A stretch of 64,000 nucleotides of DNA, from positions 64,724 to 128,723 of the forward strand of contig CAZAZQ010000010.1 of NCBI GenBank assembly GCA_964489705.1, given 5' to 3'. The position numbers and the translations under genes were made by a program. The DNA comes from an uncultured Ignavibacteriales bacterium. Lineage in GTDB: Bacteria > Zixibacteria > MSB-5A5 > GN15 > FEB-12. The notes below the pieces were generated by a model. That model did no database searches. It worked only from the letters and a program-made list of their open reading frames with translations, and had not been told where the DNA came from. Shown here in pieces: positions 36,905 through 44,532 of this stretch. Position 1 is the first letter of the stretch; each line of letters opens with the position of its first letter.

Positions 36905-37333
36905 ATGCGCTTGAGACACACTCGTCAGGGGGGCTTTACTCTGATTGAGTTGGTGATTATCATTGTTGTTCTTGGAATTTTGGCGGCTGTCGCGATTCCG
37001 AAGTACCAGGATATGTCTGGGGAAGCGAAGGAAGCGGCTTGCCGAAGCGCACTTGGGGCTCTCCGTTCGGGAATAACAATTTTTTACGCCAATCAAGCAG
37101 TACAAACCGGTACCGCCACATGGCCGACTCTTGCCGAGCTTGAGACGCCGGGGGTGGTGATGGCTCAAGGAATTCCTCCGAATCCGTATCAATCCGAAAG
37201 CAACGCTCCCGATTCCATCGTGACCGGGGTCACGAAGGGGACAATTGTCGGAACCCGCGGGGGATGGGCATACCTTGCCAGCACAGGAGAAATTTGGGCG
37301 AATACCAACACCGTCGGTGAGAACCAGTGGTAA
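36905..37333 (+). CDS. Prepilin-type N-terminal cleavage/methylation domain protein (PilA-like pilin)
   Basis: Leader MRLRHTRQG followed by FTLIELVIIIVVLGILAAVAIPKYQ (G/F cleavage site, Glu at +5). AGGAGG RBS. Confidence 0.85.
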   Translation: MRLRHTRQGGFTLIELVIIIVVLGILAAVAIPKYQDMSGEAKEAACRSALGALRSGITIFYANQAVQTGTATWPTLAELETPGVVMAQGIPPNPYQSESNAPDSIVTGVTKGTIVGTRGGWAYLASTGEIWANTNTVGENQW

Positions 37334-37358
37334 TCACTGAGTAATCGGTGAACGGTCT

Positions 37359-37829
37359 ATGCGGATGAACAACCGGAAACATAAGCACAAACAGGTCGAC
37401 CAGAGTGGTTTCACTCTGGTCGAGCTTGTTATCATCATTGTCGTGCTCGGGATTCTTGCCGCCATCGCGGTCCCTAAGTTTTCGAATATGTCCGAGAACT
37501 CGAAAATCAACGCCACCAAAAAGGAAATGATGGTGCTGAAACGAGCCCTGGTCGGTAACCCGGATGTCATCTCAGGCGGACAATACGTAGAAAGAGGGTT
37601 TGAAGGAGACGTCGGTTTCTTACCTTCGCAATTGGTTGATTTGGCAGTGAAACCGGACTCAGTCGCAACCTATGACAAGCTGACCCGTCTGGGTTGGAAC
37701 GGTCCCTACATCGACAGCACCAACGGCAACTATTTGACGGATGCATGGGGTACGGCGTACGTTTACGATCCGGCAAACCGGCGAATTATCTCAGTCGGCG
37801 GGTCGGATAGTCTCATCATTACGTTCTAA
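37359..37829 (+). CDS. Prepilin-type protein resembling the T2SS major pseudopilin GspG
   Basis: Long basic leader MRMNNRKHKHKQVDQSG followed by FTLVELVIIIVVLGILAAIAVPKF. The C-terminal part GWNGPYI...DAWGTAYVYDP...ISVGGSD matches the GspG-type W.GPY...D.WG..Y.Y pattern. Confidence 0.85.
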   Translation: MRMNNRKHKHKQVDQSGFTLVELVIIIVVLGILAAIAVPKFSNMSENSKINATKKEMMVLKRALVGNPDVISGGQYVERGFEGDVGFLPSQLVDLAVKPDSVATYDKLTRLGWNGPYIDSTNGNYLTDAWGTAYVYDPANRRIISVGGSDSLIITF

Positions 37830-37840
37830 CGAGGATATTC

Positions 37841-39475
37841 ATGCTTGGGTTGAAAGAAAAAGCTGAAGAAATTAAAAAGAAGATCGTTCCGTCGAAGGAT
37901 GCCGATACTATTGAACGTACCGACGACCAGAACGAGACCTTTTCTGCTCAGCTTATTCGCCCGAAGCGTACTTTTTATTTCGGGAGACGACTCTCTTTTT
38001 CCATCAATGATAATTCCATCCAAATGGCGGCGGTTGCACATTGGGGAAAGAAAAAGAGAATTTTAGATGTCAGAAAAGTTTATATCCCGCTGGACCTGCG
38101 GAGCCCGGAAGAAAAAGCCGATTTCCTTTCCGGTTTAATCCAAGAATTTGTCGATCGATATGCGCAGATTGGCTCTCGGGTGACCCTTGCCATTTCCGGT
38201 AGGGAGACGGCATTCCGAACTGTCTGTATTCCCATGTTGAAAGGCAATGACCTTGATGCCGCCATCAAGTACGAGGTGACCCGTCAGATTCCTTTTCATG
38301 AAGAAGAAAATATTTACGATTATCGGGCCTTATTCCGAGCCGGAGCCGGAAACACCGATCGCTATAAAGTAGCCCTGTATGCAACTATCAAGCGGTATGT
38401 CGAAGAAAACCTCAAGCCATTCCGTTTGAAGAAAATCGAGGTCAGTGCCGTCCATTACAACTATGATGTGGTCGGTTACCTACTGACTCATCTCGCCGAT
38501 TTTGAGGATAACAACCATTACTCTGTTATCAATATCGATAGAAATTATACGGAGATATCGTTCTATCACGGCATGATGCTGGAGTTTTTCCACATCAGTC
38601 CGATCGGCACTTCATTTTTGGCGCAAGAAGGAAACGAGGCAAGCTTCGAGGAGTTTGCCGAGCAGCTCTCCTCGGAAATTCAAACGTCGCTTGACTATTA
38701 CACCGGTCAGTACCCGGAGAGTTTGACGGAGAGAATATATGTCTACGGCGACTTGACCTACAGCGAGGAGTTGTTGGACAAGCTGAATACCAACACCGGC
38801 ATTGCCTTTGAGCGTTTCCCCGTCGAGAAACTGGATTTTGTTTCTTCGAAGGATGAGGCTTTTCTGGAAATTTTACCGGTCTGTTTGCCGGCGTTGGCGG
38901 CGGCAACCTGTGATGTTCGGTTGGGGGATTGTCTTCCCGAGGAAGATCGTCTCCGCCGGAAGAAAAGAAAAGTTGATCTTATTGGTCGCCTCTCTCTGGT
39001 AGTATTGCTGCTGGGCTTAATAACGAGCTGGTTCTTTTTGAAGCAAGATACGATGATAATTCAGAACAAGCTTTTGACCCTCACCCGTCAAGTGGAAGAG
39101 TTTAAGAATTCCAATATGTACGGCACCTATAATATCTTGAAGCGCAAAATCACTACCTACCAAGCCTACCTCGAACGGGCGAAGAAGGAGCCGAGTTACT
39201 TCCACTTGAACTTGAAAGAACTGTCGTTGATAACGCCGCCGGCCGTTCGATTGTACGATGTGGAGTACCGTCCGGTCGATTCGAGCGCTAATCTTACCTT
39301 ACAAGGCTTGGTGACTTCAAACGATATCCCGCCGGAAGTCATTTTAGCCGAGTATGTCGAGAACCTGAACGCTTCTCCGTTTTTTGAGAATGTCAATCTG
39401 GTGCGCTACGACAAGAAGCAGGTGGGGGAAGGGTTTGAAATGGAGTTCCAGATAATGATGAAAGGGATTGTATGA
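37841..39475 (+). CDS. GspL-like protein: fused PilM (actin-like) and PilN (TM plus periplasmic) domains
   Basis: 544 aa. The N-terminal approx. 370 aa show the PilM-type ASKHA pattern. These are followed by the basic patch RRKKRKVD, one TM helix (LIGRLSLVVLLLGLITSWFFL) and a coiled-coil/ferredoxin-like periplasmic tail. Confidence 0.7.
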   Translation: MLGLKEKAEEIKKKIVPSKDADTIERTDDQNETFSAQLIRPKRTFYFGRRLSFSINDNSIQMAAVAHWGKKKRILDVRKVYIPLDLRSPEEKADFLSGLIQEFVDRYAQIGSRVTLAISGRETAFRTVCIPMLKGNDLDAAIKYEVTRQIPFHEEENIYDYRALFRAGAGNTDRYKVALYATIKRYVEENLKPFRLKKIEVSAVHYNYDVVGYLLTHLADFEDNNHYSVINIDRNYTEISFYHGMMLEFFHISPIGTSFLAQEGNEASFEEFAEQLSSEIQTSLDYYTGQYPESLTERIYVYGDLTYSEELLDKLNTNTGIAFERFPVEKLDFVSSKDEAFLEILPVCLPALAAATCDVRLGDCLPEEDRLRRKKRKVDLIGRLSLVVLLLGLITSWFFLKQDTMIIQNKLLTLTRQVEEFKNSNMYGTYNILKRKITTYQAYLERAKKEPSYFHLNLKELSLITPPAVRLYDVEYRPVDSSANLTLQGLVTSNDIPPEVILAEYVENLNASPFFENVNLVRYDKKQVGEGFEMEFQIMMKGIV

Positions 39476-40035
39476 AGAAGCGGGTGCTGGCATACTCATC
39501 GATAGGTGGGGCTTTGGTGTTGGGCTGGTTTCTGTTCCTTTATACGCCTATTCATAAGCAACGACAGCAACTGGCGCTGGAAATCCAAAAAGCCCAACAG
39601 CAGTTGGACGACTACAATCGGATTATGAGCGAACTTCCGCGCTTCGTCCGACTCAGTCGGCAACTGGAGCAAAAGCGAAGCGAACTGAACACCAACCTCT
39701 TTGCCAAGGACGATATCTTGCGGCTGTTCGAGCAGCTCGATACTCAAGCCCGCCAGCAAAGATTGGAGATTACCGAGATTACGCCGCCAGTGGAAGAGTT
39801 GCTGTTGCTCAACCGGATGGTGCCCGACTCGACGACCCCACAGTTTTTGTCTCTGACGCTCAAACTGAAAGGCGATTACGTCGATTTCGGAAAGTTTTTG
39901 AAAATTGTCGAACAATCGAATTATTTTCGGGTGATTAATCGCTGTAAAATCACCGGTTCTCGGGGCGGGGATGTCAATCTTCGTTTTGAGTTGAGTTTTA
40001 ACGCCTTGTTGGGGAATTTCGGGGAAAAGGTATGA
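39472..40035 (+). CDS. PilO/GspM-like inner-membrane assembly protein
   Basis: ATGA overlap. N-terminal TM helix, a coiled coil, then a ferredoxin-like segment (LSLTLKLKGDYVDFGKFLKIVEQSNYFRVINRCKI). Confidence 0.55.
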   Translation: MKKRVLAYSSIGGALVLGWFLFLYTPIHKQRQQLALEIQKAQQQLDDYNRIMSELPRFVRLSRQLEQKRSELNTNLFAKDDILRLFEQLDTQARQQRLEITEITPPVEELLLLNRMVPDSTTPQFLSLTLKLKGDYVDFGKFLKIVEQSNYFRVINRCKITGSRGGDVNLRFELSFNALLGNFGEKV

Positions 40036-40475
40036 GCGAGCAAAAGCGAAAGAAAGTGCTCTATGCGGTGCTGGTGCTTGCCGTCATTTGGGGGATATAC
40101 AACTTCCCCTCCAAGCGGAGTAAAGGCTCCGGTGAGAGGTCGGATACCGGAACGGAACTGTTGGAAGAGACGGCTCCGCCGGTTAAAACCCCTCCCTTGA
40201 CAAAGATGATTAATATCGAGCAAAAATCAAAAGAACCGTGGGGAGACGATCCGTTCCGGGTACAGGCGCAAGTCGTGGAAGTGGTAAGCCATACGCCGGG
40301 TTGGCATCTGTCCGGGATTGTTTTCAATTCCCAAGCACCGTTGGCGATTGTCAATAACCGGCCGGTACGGATCGGGGATGTGGTAAACAATGCCACGGTT
40401 GTGTCGATAAAACCAAAAGAAGTGGTTCTGGAGCATAACGGCTCATTATTGACGTTAACGATTTCCAAAGGATGA
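40032..40475 (+). CDS. PilP / GspC-HR-like small anchored periplasmic protein
   Basis: ATGA overlap. N-terminal TM helix, a Pro/Thr-rich linker, and a C-terminal beta domain (LSGIVFNSQAPLAIVNNRPVRIGDVVNNATVVSIKPKEVVLEHNG) resembling secretin-interacting HR/PilP domains. Confidence 0.4.
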   Translation: MSEQKRKKVLYAVLVLAVIWGIYNFPSKRSKGSGERSDTGTELLEETAPPVKTPPLTKMINIEQKSKEPWGDDPFRVQAQVVEVVSHTPGWHLSGIVFNSQAPLAIVNNRPVRIGDVVNNATVVSIKPKEVVLEHNGSLLTLTISKG

Positions 40476-40479
40476 GGAT

Positions 40480-41763
40480 ATGAGCAAGCGGGTACGGAGA
40501 ATACTTTCTCTCCTGGTGATATTGTCGGTGTTTCCCTTTTTGTGCGAAGCGGCGGGGTTGAGCTCTTCGGAAAAATTGTCGTTGGAGCTGGAAGAAGTGC
40601 CGCTGACCATGGTACTCCAGATGATAGCACAGCAGAACAATCTCAATCTGGTTATTTCCGGTGACGTCTCAGCGGATGTCTCGGTGCGGCTGAACGACGT
40701 TGACCTTCCGACGGCGTTGAACACCATTTTGTCTCCTTTGGGATACAACTACTACTTGAAAAACGATGTCATCGTCGTCAAACCGATTGAAGTCGATGCT
40801 CCCGACGAGTTGGTTTCCAAAATGATAACCCTTCGCTATATCAAGCCGTTGACGGCGAAGAAAGCTCTGGAAAAGCGCCTCTCGGAAAAGGGGAGCGTCA
40901 TTATCCTCGACGATGCGACGGATAACAAAGGCGGAAGCAAGAAATATCAAGCCAACAAGATAATCGTCACCGATTTCCCGTATGTCGTCGAAATGCTGGA
41001 AGAGCTCATTAGAACTATCGACAAACCGGAGCGCATGGTTTCAATAGAGGTGAAAATCATCGAGAACAAGGTCGACAGCCAATCCAAGCTCGGTTTTTCC
41101 TGGCCTACTTCGCTCGAAACGGTGTTTGGGGCAACCTCTGAGGGAGATTCGACCAGTTCTTCATCTCTGAGCGGGGTGACCGGCGAATATGATTTGAATT
41201 CCGGCACGTGGACCTGGGGGACGTTGACCGTCAGCCAAATGCGGGTGGTATTGGATTTGCTGAACCAAAGCGGCAACAGCAAGCTCATATCCGACCCCCA
41301 CATCACGACGCTGGAAAATCACGAGGCGGTCATCAAAGTGGAAACCGTCGTGCCGATACCGACCTTGAATCGTTTCAGTGAGGGAGCAATTGTCCAGGAT
41401 ATCGTGACGTTCCAGGACGAGGAGATAGGTATTTCCCTCCGGGTAACTCCGCGCATCAATGAGAACGGCAAGATAACGATGGAAGTTTCTCCGAAGGTGG
41501 AGGACATCATCGGATTTTCCGGGACGGGGGAGAACAAGAAGCCGATTACAACCTCTCGGTCAATCACCACCGTGATTACCGTTGACGACGGCGAAACGGC
41601 TGCACTGGGCGGCTTGCTGAAGGAAGACGAGATTATTCAAGAGCAAAAACTTCCCTTATTGGGTTCCATCCCGGTTTTGGGAAAGCTCTTGTTTACCAAT
41701 AAGTCCAAAGAGAAGACGACGACCGATTTGATAATTCTCATCACTCCTCACGTACTCGACTAA
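40480..41763 (+). CDS. Secretin (GspD/PilQ family), short form with an STN-like N-terminal domain
   Basis: Signal peptide. STN-like segment (VPLTMVLQMIAQQNNLNLVISGDV...VRLNDVDLPTALNTIL). C-terminal secretin core (GETAALGGLLKEDEIIQEQKLPLLGSIPVLGKLLF...DLIILITPHVL). Confidence 0.85.
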   Translation: MSKRVRRILSLLVILSVFPFLCEAAGLSSSEKLSLELEEVPLTMVLQMIAQQNNLNLVISGDVSADVSVRLNDVDLPTALNTILSPLGYNYYLKNDVIVVKPIEVDAPDELVSKMITLRYIKPLTAKKALEKRLSEKGSVIILDDATDNKGGSKKYQANKIIVTDFPYVVEMLEELIRTIDKPERMVSIEVKIIENKVDSQSKLGFSWPTSLETVFGATSEGDSTSSSSLSGVTGEYDLNSGTWTWGTLTVSQMRVVLDLLNQSGNSKLISDPHITTLENHEAVIKVETVVPIPTLNRFSEGAIVQDIVTFQDEEIGISLRVTPRINENGKITMEVSPKVEDIIGFSGTGENKKPITTSRSITTVITVDDGETAALGGLLKEDEIIQEQKLPLLGSIPVLGKLLFTNKSKEKTTTDLIILITPHVLD

Positions 41764-41786
41764 TACGGATGCTCTAAAAGAGCTCT

Positions 41787-42239
41787 TTATTGTCGAGAAG
41801 GGAGAAGCAACCACCGTTTGGAACGACTCAGCAAGAGCTGAAGAGTCAAAATCATCAAGCCTACATCGAACAAGAGAGATTTCCATGCCGATTCGGTGGC
41901 GCTTTTTGCCGCCTTAAAGCAGCCGCAATCGATGTCGATACCTCGAATGATAGTGCTGCTGAGGGCAAGAATGAATATTGCCACCATCAAAAAAATGAGA
42001 AGCACCGCTCCGCGATAGAATATCCCGAAAATCAAGAAAAGCCCGCAGAGAAGCTCCACCCAGGGCAGGATGAGAGCTATCAAATTTATCAGGTTTCCCG
42101 GTATCAGGTGATAATACCAGATGGACTTGGCGAAGGAGCCGGGGTCCATGATTTTATAATACGAAGCATAAATGAACAGGAGACCGACGATAAGGCGGGA
42201 GAGCATGGTGAAATAATCGTTATCGATTACCCGTCGCAT
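41787..42239 (-). CDS. MauE/DoxX family membrane protein
   Basis: 150 aa with 4 TM helices. LSRLIVGLLFIYASYYKIMDP and the DCGCF motif are typical of MauE/DoxX. Confidence 0.75.
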   Translation of the reverse strand: MRRVIDNDYFTMLSRLIVGLLFIYASYYKIMDPGSFAKSIWYYHLIPGNLINLIALILPWVELLCGLFLIFGIFYRGAVLLIFLMVAIFILALSSTIIRGIDIDCGCFKAAKSATESAWKSLLFDVGLMILTLQLLLSRSKRWLLLPSRQ

Positions 42240-42742
42240 TGGCGTCTCCTTTCAATCGGCAGATTCAGTTTTTTCCATTGCCGCCATCCTCCGAAGAAGA
42301 TGGAAATGTTGGTATACCCGAAGGCTTGAAGATTTCGTGCCAGTTGGAGGGAGAGATCGCATTCCTCACCGGAACAGAAGGTAATAATCGGATAGTCTTT
42401 CGGCACGTTCAGAGTCGAGTCGAAAAATTGTTCAAGGTTGTCGTCGGGGAGATAGTCAAACGGAACATTGATAGCTCCCGCAATGGTACCGCATTCAAAT
42501 TCTTCCGGTTCCCGCGCATCGACAAAAAGAACATTGCCCGCATTGTACTCAAGTTGGGCGACATCCACTCCGATGAAAGGCGGATCGCCCGGCATGGCGG
42601 CGGGAGGCACCACCGGATCCCCGGAATCGGAAATCGAGCGATACGCTCCGACGTATGGAATCTTGGCGGGAGAAAAGAGGTTTACCGTCAGTCCGAGAAC
42701 CGTTGCCAGCACGACGATAATGAGCGCTTGTTTTCCTGCCAT
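42227..42742 (-). CDS. Membrane-anchored rhodanese-like domain protein
   Basis: N-terminal TM helix. Rhodanese fold motifs VLFVDAREPEEFECGTIAGAINVP and the active-site loop ITFCSGEECDLS. The gene overlaps the downstream MauE/DoxX gene by 13 nt. Confidence 0.8.
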   Translation of the reverse strand: MAGKQALIIVVLATVLGLTVNLFSPAKIPYVGAYRSISDSGDPVVPPAAMPGDPPFIGVDVAQLEYNAGNVLFVDAREPEEFECGTIAGAINVPFDYLPDDNLEQFFDSTLNVPKDYPIITFCSGEECDLSLQLARNLQAFGYTNISIFFGGWRQWKKLNLPIERRRQCDG

Positions 42743-42937
42743 ATTTTTTCGGCTCCGTTGCTTGGTCGTTATTGCCTTCTCTTAAAGACGCCTTTTCTTG
42801 TGTCTTTCCGATGTTGCGTCAAAAAAACTCAAACGCTCTCACCGGTCAAGGTAATTTCTTTGAGCTTTATACTCTTATGAAAAAAAAGTGTCCCATTTTT
42901 TGATAAAGAGGGGGAAGCTATTGAGTGGAATGGGATA

Positions 42938-42969
42938 AGAAAAACGGGACTTACGTACGGCAAGTCCCG
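42938..42969 (-). terminator. Rho-independent terminator (minus strand) ending the three-gene AT-rich islet operon
   Basis: CGGGACTT (42945-42952) pairs with AAGTCCCG (42962-42969), a perfect 8-bp stem. On the minus strand the hairpin is followed by TTTTTCTT (complement of 42937-42944). Confidence 0.7.
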
Positions 42970-43021
42970 CTCATTACTCAATGTGCTTGGAGGATATTTT
43001 TAGGTAGCTGTCATTTTTACT

Positions 43022-43207
43022 TCACGCCGGTTGGCTGGGCTGGATCCTGCCATGAGTTTTCGTCGAAATGAGTTCATACTTACCCCGCAGGATCTTGCCT
43101 ACCACAGCCGTGAACTTTTTTGGTTGAAGACCTTGCAAGCTATAAGGATGCCAATACTTTTTCTCGCCTTTCTTGGCAAGACTTGCAACTACTTTCCTCT
43201 TCGGCAT
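43022..43207 (-). CDS. Small basic protein (61 aa), function unknown
   Basis: ATG preceded by AGGAG 8 nt upstream. Lys/Arg-rich (MPKRKVVASLAKKGEKKYW...). It lies between an upstream spacer and the islet terminator. No family recognised. Confidence 0.45.
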   Translation of the reverse strand: MPKRKVVASLAKKGEKKYWHPYSLQGLQPKKFTAVVGKILRGKYELISTKTHGRIQPSQPA

Positions 43208-43417
43208 GATATCACTCCTTATGTTGTTCCCTCCCCCGCCCCATCGTTGATTACAAAACTGTCTTCACATGTGGGGGGACATGCTTGCTTATTTTTTCAG
43301 ATACCACCTCCTTAAGACACATCACGAGCAACATTTTCTGCGTTTAGGCAGAATGCGGGTACATTACCAGGTACGTACTGAAGTCGTCCTCTCAATTAAT
43401 ACCTCTTTGACATACAC

Positions 43418-43732
43418 CTATGTTGCTAATAATTTGTGTAACTTCTTAATTGCTCTATGCTTATAAATATTCACCACTTGTTGCTTAATACCCAGGATCC
43501 GAGCAATTTCCCGCTCTTTTTTCCCGGATAGGTAATATTTGATGACTTGTTTTTGGCGGGGGGAGAGGGAATGATTGATATGCCAGTTTAAGCGGCTTTT
43601 GAACTTATCGTAGTAATTGTTGACGGGAACCTCGCCGTTTGAGTGGTAGGCTGACTGTTCATTGGCAAAGGACTCAAGAAACAACTTGTCGACAAGCACT
43701 TCCGTGAATTCAAATTTCTCGCGAGTCCCCAT
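43418..43732 (-). CDS. Small HTH protein with a sigma-70 region 4 / LuxR-type DNA-binding domain only
   Basis: 104 aa. The C-terminal LSPRQKQVIKYYLSGKKEREIARILGIKQQVVNIYKHRAIKKLHKLL is a region-4-type helix-turn-helix. No region 2 is present. Confidence 0.7.
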   Translation of the reverse strand: MGTREKFEFTEVLVDKLFLESFANEQSAYHSNGEVPVNNYYDKFKSRLNWHINHSLSPRQKQVIKYYLSGKKEREIARILGIKQQVVNIYKHRAIKKLHKLLAT

Positions 43733-43743
43733 TGATGTCGTCC

Positions 43744-44289
43744 TTAGTAGTCTAATTTGCTTTTCTTCCTGATCTTATCGAATTCATCCAAGGTTAAAGA
43801 AAACTTCCGTGCCGTTTCTTCACGTATTTCTTTAACTGCCACCTCCTTCTCGTATGGCGACAAGTCCTTGGGAAGGGATTGATATTTCTTGCGATAATAG
43901 TCCAGCGCTTGCTGATGCTTGGCGAGCACCTTGTTCTTTACTTTCTTACCGGCGTTTTTGGGGGAAGGCTGAGAGGAGTTGATAAGGGCAAGAAGGGAAT
44001 CGCTTTTGGCTTTTTCGTTTTCCACTTCCTTTATCAAAGAATCGAGCGAGAAGCTATAGGCAAGCTGCCGTTGCCAGAGCCGTCGCGCCGCTTCAAGTTC
44101 TTGTTTTTCAATGAGATGTTTGATAGAGTCGATGGCGGATTCGGCAACGTGAGACAATTGCTGTTCAACTTCGCTTTTTCCTTTTTGGTAGGCGGTAGCG
44201 GTTTTTTCTTTCTCCCGCAGTGACCTGAAATATCCCACCCCAATCACTATCGCCAACAGGATAAAAGCCAGAAATACTTTCTTACTCAT
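43744..44289 (-). CDS. N-terminally anchored coiled-coil protein, function unknown
   Basis: 181 aa. [21 protein letters not shown] is a TM anchor. The rest is Lys/Glu/Gln-rich with predicted helices. GGAG-type RBS (GAGGAGACAAGA upstream of the ATG). Confidence 0.6.
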   Translation of the reverse strand: MSKKVFLAFILLAIVIGVGYFRSLREKEKTATAYQKGKSEVEQQLSHVAESAIDSIKHLIEKQELEAARRLWQRQLAYSFSLDSLIKEVENEKAKSDSLLALINSSQPSPKNAGKKVKNKVLAKHQQALDYYRKKYQSLPKDLSPYEKEVAVKEIREETARKFSLTLDEFDKIRKKSKLDY

Positions 44290-44532
44290 TCTTGTCTCCT
44301 CTACTTATCCACAATATCCCTCGCGATGAACGGTGTCAAGTTTGAACTTTTTTGTCATATCACAAATTTCCGCCGATTTTCCGCACTCACCGGTTCACGA
44401 AGGAAACGATTTGACCGATTTAGTGAAAATAAAGGCATAGAGCCGCTTTTGGTCGAGATTTCTGTTTTCTCAAGCGGTTCAATATGTTATCTTACATTAT
44501 GTTGGCATCCGTCGGATGTTGATGGAGGAGAA

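Noticed and set aside
44326-44532. The 5-prime extension of the large surface-protein ORF (ATG 44326)
   Set aside because: The 69 extra residues are not signal-like and lie in AT-rich promoter-like DNA. The in-frame GTG at 44533 has a GGAGGAG RBS and is followed directly by a signal peptide.
42880-44532. Calling the AT-rich islet a mobile element or prophage remnant
   Set aside because: No integrase, transposase, recombinase, tRNA target or flanking direct/inverted repeats could be found by eye. Only the compositional shift supports foreign origin, so it is reported as a finding rather than annotated as a mobile element.
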